In this document: positions 17,501-20,677 of the stretch, piece after piece
How positions within the stretch are numbered: position 1 is the first letter of the stretch
Layout: each line of letters begins with the position of its first letter
Assembly: GCA_938084645.1 (NCBI GenBank)
Contig: CALKEP010000064.1
Location: 1 to 20,677 of the forward strand
From: an uncultured Phycisphaerales bacterium
GTDB lineage: Bacteria > Planctomycetota > Phycisphaerae > Phycisphaerales > SM1A02
Length of the DNA stretch: 20,677 nucleotides
Direction: 5' to 3'
Program-made: the position numbers and the translations under genes
Notes under the pieces: model-generated
What the model was told of the DNA's origin: nothing
Seen by the model: only the letters and a program-made list of their open reading frames with translations
The model's database searches: none

Positions 17501-17736
17501 GGCCGATGGTCGAGTCGCAAGCCGCCTTTCGGACGACCGTCCGACCCATGACAAGGCAGGCACTCGCGTTCGATGATCGGCCATGCTTCCGATTCGAAGA
17601 ACGCGGACCGGCGGACGATGTCCTCGTGCTGGGCGAATGCAATGGAATCGAGGCCGCTGATCGACAGGGTCGCGGCCAGCGCCGGGATCACCGTGCTCAT
17701 CGGGAGCGAACGAATTCCAGGTCTTCGGTTCTTCAT
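14578..17736 (-). CDS. Planctomycete cytochrome c (PSCyt1) + DUF1549 + LamG-like + DUF1553 (PSD1) multidomain protein
   Basis: CxxCH motifs CLPCH and CARCH; WWAWQPL, NPVDAFI, LDLTGLPPT, WLDAVRYADTDG, QLAGDELP (DUF1549); LVAHYPMD...WHHVAL...LYVDG...GTLDEIRI (LamG); FGRGLV, PTHPQLLDWLA, SSTYRQSS, AEEIRD, RRSLY (DUF1553). Start uncertain (17793, 17787, 17736 or 17700). Confidence 0.92.
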   Translation of the reverse strand: MKNRRPGIRSLPMSTVIPALAATLSISGLDSIAFAQHEDIVRRSAFFESEAWPIIERECLPCHGSDGRPKGGLRLDHRPGMVEGGDRGPAFDEASPESSLLLRMISWEHEDYRMPPKGRLSDHDIAILNEWVLEGATWADGVGADPSDAEADTDIPVGGDWWAWQPLVRPEVPDVDGAPWVRNPVDAFILARLEDADLAPAPEADRHTLVRRVALDLTGLPPTPAEIAAFIGDEASGAYERMVDRFLESPQHGVKWARHWLDAVRYADTDGYERDRVKPEAWRYRDWVVDAINEDLPWNRFLVEQLAGDELPDRDLSTLTATGFYRLGIWDDEPTDVELAKNDDLDSIIDVVGRGMMGMSVACARCHEHKRDPILQGDYYRLAAIFRDLAPYKERMGNAIDANNVTRQVPEHFGAEGEAEFAEAHDRYEARFASTLQRLQVHAETVVLSSDADPRDAGLVAHYPMDDSEQGELRDSTGNHPGRLIDARLGREGRVGNALGFDGGDDRATIPNSANKSFTVSFWLRTTAQARGSASDPRWFLGSGLIDGEVPGIVNDFGIAMVGPGVISAGVGRPETFIHSAPGFNDGEWHHVALTRDASTGRFVLYVDGIEVDAAEGGRQPLNAIDELTVGRAHPGGGGFAGTLDEIRIHDRPLRPDEIAGLALDLRLDDAMVQSIRTMNGPEAAREFAGLRDELLRLEPPQTNPTLVLCARSRGPVPPQTNILIRGDAHSPGRVVSPGVPKVLGGRDFEPSPPEHRESSGLRLAFAEWLVEEDNRVTWRVAANQLWQNLFGRGLVRSSDDFGFLGTRPTHPQLLDWLATEFANRDLSRRQMARLILTSSTYRQSSRFDPVAFEQDPLNDLFWRFDLRRLAAEEIRDSILAVSGNLNPRLGGKGVYPPLPRAVLETASRPDAAWGSATPEQAGRRSLYVFLKRSLRHPLLEGFDQPDTDRPCSIRFATTVPTQSLMMMNSDFIDQQADLFASRLVAENPAGLEARVRHGLELVLCRPPEPTEITEMLELHAELLEIEGLSEGQAFKALCVLMLNLNEFLHVG

Positions 17737-17879
17737 GATCCTCAAGGCAAGTCGTCCGGAACTTCGAATCGCCCCCGTTGGGAACATCACCATGATTCTA
17801 GAGACACGGCGGTGAACTCAACGAGCCTTGATCCATGTTCGGTACGAAAAAAGACCGGGTAATCGGCGAACGGGCCCTG

Positions 17880-18494
17880 TCATTCCGAGAATCCCGCCCG
17901 TCCGGGTTGTCGCTGGAGCCGCCGGAGCGGAAGCGCGAGGATCTTGCGGGCCGTCAGCATCGCGACAAGGTCGTCGAACAGCACGGGGCGGAATTGCCAG
18001 CAGTCGACTCCGACGTCGGTCGATCGTCCGATCTCCTCCAGTCGTCCGTGCGTGTGGCCGTAGAGATGCAGGGATCCGTGTCGCCCACCTCGCCAACTGC
18101 GCATCGGGTAGTGGCTGCAGAAGACTCGCCTTGCCGCGCCGTCGAGTTTCACATCGAGCAGCTCATGCACCTCGTCGAAGATCTCCTTGAACTTTCGGCG
18201 ATCCGGGTCGTGGTTTCCGCGGACGAGCACGATGCGACCGGCGTGCAGTCGCTCCCGGACCCGGGCGGCGACGCCGGCCTTCGCCCGAGTCCCGCCGCAG
18301 TCACCGACGAAGTCCCCCAGATGGAGGAGGAGGTCCCGGGGACCGACCACCGCATTGCAGCGTTCGATGATGGCGGTTTCCATGCGCGAGGCGTTCGCGA
18401 AGGGACGGTCGTATCTGGCACAGGCGTCGGACTGCCCGAAATGCGTGTCCGCCGTGACGAAGATCCGTCCCTCCGTCGTCAGTTCCGTCGTCAC
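17880..18494 (-). CDS. Calcineurin-like metallophosphoesterase
   Basis: All metal-binding motifs present: DTHFG, HLGDF, GNHD, SHYP, GHTH, plus DVGVD; GTGA overlap with the upstream protease stop. Confidence 0.92.
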   Translation of the reverse strand: MTTELTTEGRIFVTADTHFGQSDACARYDRPFANASRMETAIIERCNAVVGPRDLLLHLGDFVGDCGGTRAKAGVAARVRERLHAGRIVLVRGNHDPDRRKFKEIFDEVHELLDVKLDGAARRVFCSHYPMRSWRGGRHGSLHLYGHTHGRLEEIGRSTDVGVDCWQFRPVLFDDLVAMLTARKILALPLRRLQRQPGRAGFSE

Positions 18495-20677
18495 GGGCGG
18501 GGCTCGCGGAGCGGGGTCATGCGCGGTTCCTCATCGGCCGGTGGCGCGAGATCTTCGAGGCGAAGAAGCGTGATTCCGGCGAACTTCATCACGGCGTTCC
18601 GCGGAGATGCCAGAGGAAGCAGCCGGGCCATGGTTTCGCCGGCCTCCATGATCTCGATCTCGCCGATCGAAAAGGAGCCGAACTGAGTCCAACCATCGGT
18701 CGCCTCGGTCCGTGCATCGACGGACGATTCCCCGACGCTGAATCGAATCGGAGTGCCCGCGTCCCGTCGAGGGCAGGCTTGTTCGATCATGACCTGGAAG
18801 CGACCCGGCCGATCGATCCGCATCGACCACTCGAGGCCATCGTCGACGTCCGACCATGATCCCCACGACGTCCCGCCATCGGGGGCGAACCGCTCTCGCC
18901 GGATGGCGTCGCCGATCGGGAACGCATCACTGGCACTGAGTTCGATGGTGCCGTCGGCGGACTCGGTCACGCCGACCCGATACGCGCAGAGGCGACGAGC
19001 GGCGTCCTCCGCGTTCGTTTCGAGTCGGTCGATCCGTTCCATGAGTCGCGTCCATGGAACCACCACGACCGAGGTCCTGGTCCGCCGCGCGACGGTCCAA
19101 CCGACGAGGCGACCGTCGAGGTCCACGACCGGCGATCCCATGTGGTGCGGGGGTATGTCGGCGTCGAGGAGGTGCACTTCGCCGAATCCGCCTCGAAGCC
19201 GGCTGGTTCCGGTGGTGGTGTTGGTGGGGAGCCCGAAGGTGCTCGCGCCGGGTCGGATGCCCAGTTCCATCTCGATCTCGCGGGTGACACCATCGCGGGC
19301 GACCTCGAATCGGACGAGATCCCCGATGGCTCGCTCGTTCAACTCCCCGGCGAGTGCCCGACGAGATTCAAGGGGCCGTCCATCGAGACTGCGGAGAACG
19401 TCGCCGACCCGGAGTCCCGCACTCGCCGCACTGGAACTTGGAACGACGCGGGTGATCCTGATGCCCGAGTCGTCCCCCACGACGGAATAGGCGATCCCGA
19501 TGAACGGGCGGTCCTCGGAAGCGTCCTCGACGCGCAGAAAGTCCCGGTCGCGGGCGACGATTCCGAAATCCGCGGGATCGCCGTCGTCATCGAGCACCAC
19601 GAGCATGGTGCCGGCTTCAACCGGGTCGGAGCGGAGGTCGGGGCGGCGCGCCGGGCCTGCGACGCCGGGTGCGTCGAGCAGGATCAGATCGAGTTCCGCA
19701 TCGATGGCGAGCGGCGTGACGGGAATGGCCATCCGAAGTCCATCGACGGGACTCTCGTAGATCGCGATCGCCTCCCGTGATTGGCGGGCGAGCAGGGATG
19801 CCTTGGCGACGATGCGATCCGGTCCGACGATCGTGCCGAATCCGACCAGGCGATCCTCGTACCGAATCTCGGCGGTGAACCCGGGTGTGGATCCCGTGGA
19901 CTGGGCGATGTCTTCAAGAAGTCGGGGATCTCGCTTCGTCCGCCGGGCGCCTCGTCTCGCCCCGTTTCCGGACCAGGCGGCGACGTCGATATCGTCGAGC
20001 GTGTCGGTTTCGAGATGAGGCAGAAACGCGTGAATCGCGTCAATGCCGGTCGCGATGTTCTGCCACGCCTCGTGCCCGCAACGACTGACGATGCCGACGA
20101 GCGCACCGTCGAGGTCGAACACCGGGCCTCCGGAATCACCGGCGTCGAAAGGACTGTCGACGGCGAGCTCGCCACCATCGACGCCGATCACGCGACCGAG
20201 TCGCGCCGCGGGCGGGGTATCGCGATTCGCGGAGATCCCTGCCGCGTACCCCAGCGTGACCACCCAGTCGCCACGCTCGATCGAATCCTCAGCGGCCAGG
20301 GAGACGGACGGAAGCGGCTCACCCTCTGGACTCGGTTCGAGCCGGATGAGGCCGAGGTCGACGTCGTCGTTGAAGATCTGTCCCAGCGTCTCACCGCGAA
20401 ACGAGCGTCCATCCGGCAGGATCACCTCGACCCGACGTCCGGGGCGGCTCCCAACATGACCAGCAGTCAGGACGAGACCCTCCGGGTTGATGAGGACGCC
20501 GCTTCCGGAGGATGCCCCCCGGCCGCGGAATTCGAGCCTCACCGTGGCATCGGAGCACGCTGTCACGACACCGATCGTCTGTGATTCGACGGCGCCGAGA
20601 TCCGGCCGGTCATCCTCGACTTCCGCGGCCGGGACGGCATGGACGGCGGTCAAGGACAACGCCATCGCGATCAGTCC
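18491..20677 (-). CDS. Trypsin-like (S1C/HtrA-like) serine protease with a second degenerate protease domain, PDZ and a C-terminal beta-sandwich domain; probably 5'-partial
   Basis: GSGVLI...VLTAGHV, DLGL, GDSGGP triad; PDZ (PFIGI...AASAGLRVGDVL). The frame stays open to the window edge (GLIAMALSLTAVHA reads like the end of a signal peptide), so the true start is probably beyond 20677. Confidence 0.9.
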   Translation of the reverse strand, partial: GLIAMALSLTAVHAVPAAEVEDDRPDLGAVESQTIGVVTACSDATVRLEFRGRGASSGSGVLINPEGLVLTAGHVGSRPGRRVEVILPDGRSFRGETLGQIFNDDVDLGLIRLEPSPEGEPLPSVSLAAEDSIERGDWVVTLGYAAGISANRDTPPAARLGRVIGVDGGELAVDSPFDAGDSGGPVFDLDGALVGIVSRCGHEAWQNIATGIDAIHAFLPHLETDTLDDIDVAAWSGNGARRGARRTKRDPRLLEDIAQSTGSTPGFTAEIRYEDRLVGFGTIVGPDRIVAKASLLARQSREAIAIYESPVDGLRMAIPVTPLAIDAELDLILLDAPGVAGPARRPDLRSDPVEAGTMLVVLDDDGDPADFGIVARDRDFLRVEDASEDRPFIGIAYSVVGDDSGIRITRVVPSSSAASAGLRVGDVLRSLDGRPLESRRALAGELNERAIGDLVRFEVARDGVTREIEMELGIRPGASTFGLPTNTTTGTSRLRGGFGEVHLLDADIPPHHMGSPVVDLDGRLVGWTVARRTRTSVVVVPWTRLMERIDRLETNAEDAARRLCAYRVGVTESADGTIELSASDAFPIGDAIRRERFAPDGGTSWGSWSDVDDGLEWSMRIDRPGRFQVMIEQACPRRDAGTPIRFSVGESSVDARTEATDGWTQFGSFSIGEIEIMEAGETMARLLPLASPRNAVMKFAGITLLRLEDLAPPADEEPRMTPLREPRP

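Noticed and set aside
17833..17879. Possible terminator after the phosphoesterase (T6 tract on the minus strand)
   Set aside because: The preceding stem is short and imperfect.

Overview
GC-rich bacterial window, most likely from the PVC group (Planctomycetota-like). This taxonomy is inferred from the PSCyt1/DUF1549/DUF1553 plus DUF1501 gene pair and the split trypsin/PDZ protease, and is not proven. Left part: a divergent cation:proton-antiporter-like membrane protein (-), then on + an uncharacterised exported protein coupled to folP, trxA, an S9 peptidase and tRNA-Ala(GGC). Just after the tRNA is a clear DUF1476 / F1Fo-ATPase zeta-inhibitor homolog, a family regarded as essentially alphaproteobacterial; this is the most surprising element. 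Middle (-): a lower-GC four-gene cassette (Wzx-like flippase, canonical SGNH, AlgI-type MBOAT with a C-terminal Tyr motif, atypical SGNH) that looks like a glycan O-acylation module with no glycosyltransferase or polymerase. Right (-): a multidomain serine protease, a calcineurin-like phosphoesterase, a cytochrome-c/LamG DUF1553 protein and a Tat-exported DUF1501 protein. No integrase, transposase, CRISPR array or rRNA was seen. All family assignments come from motif recognition by eye, not database searches.
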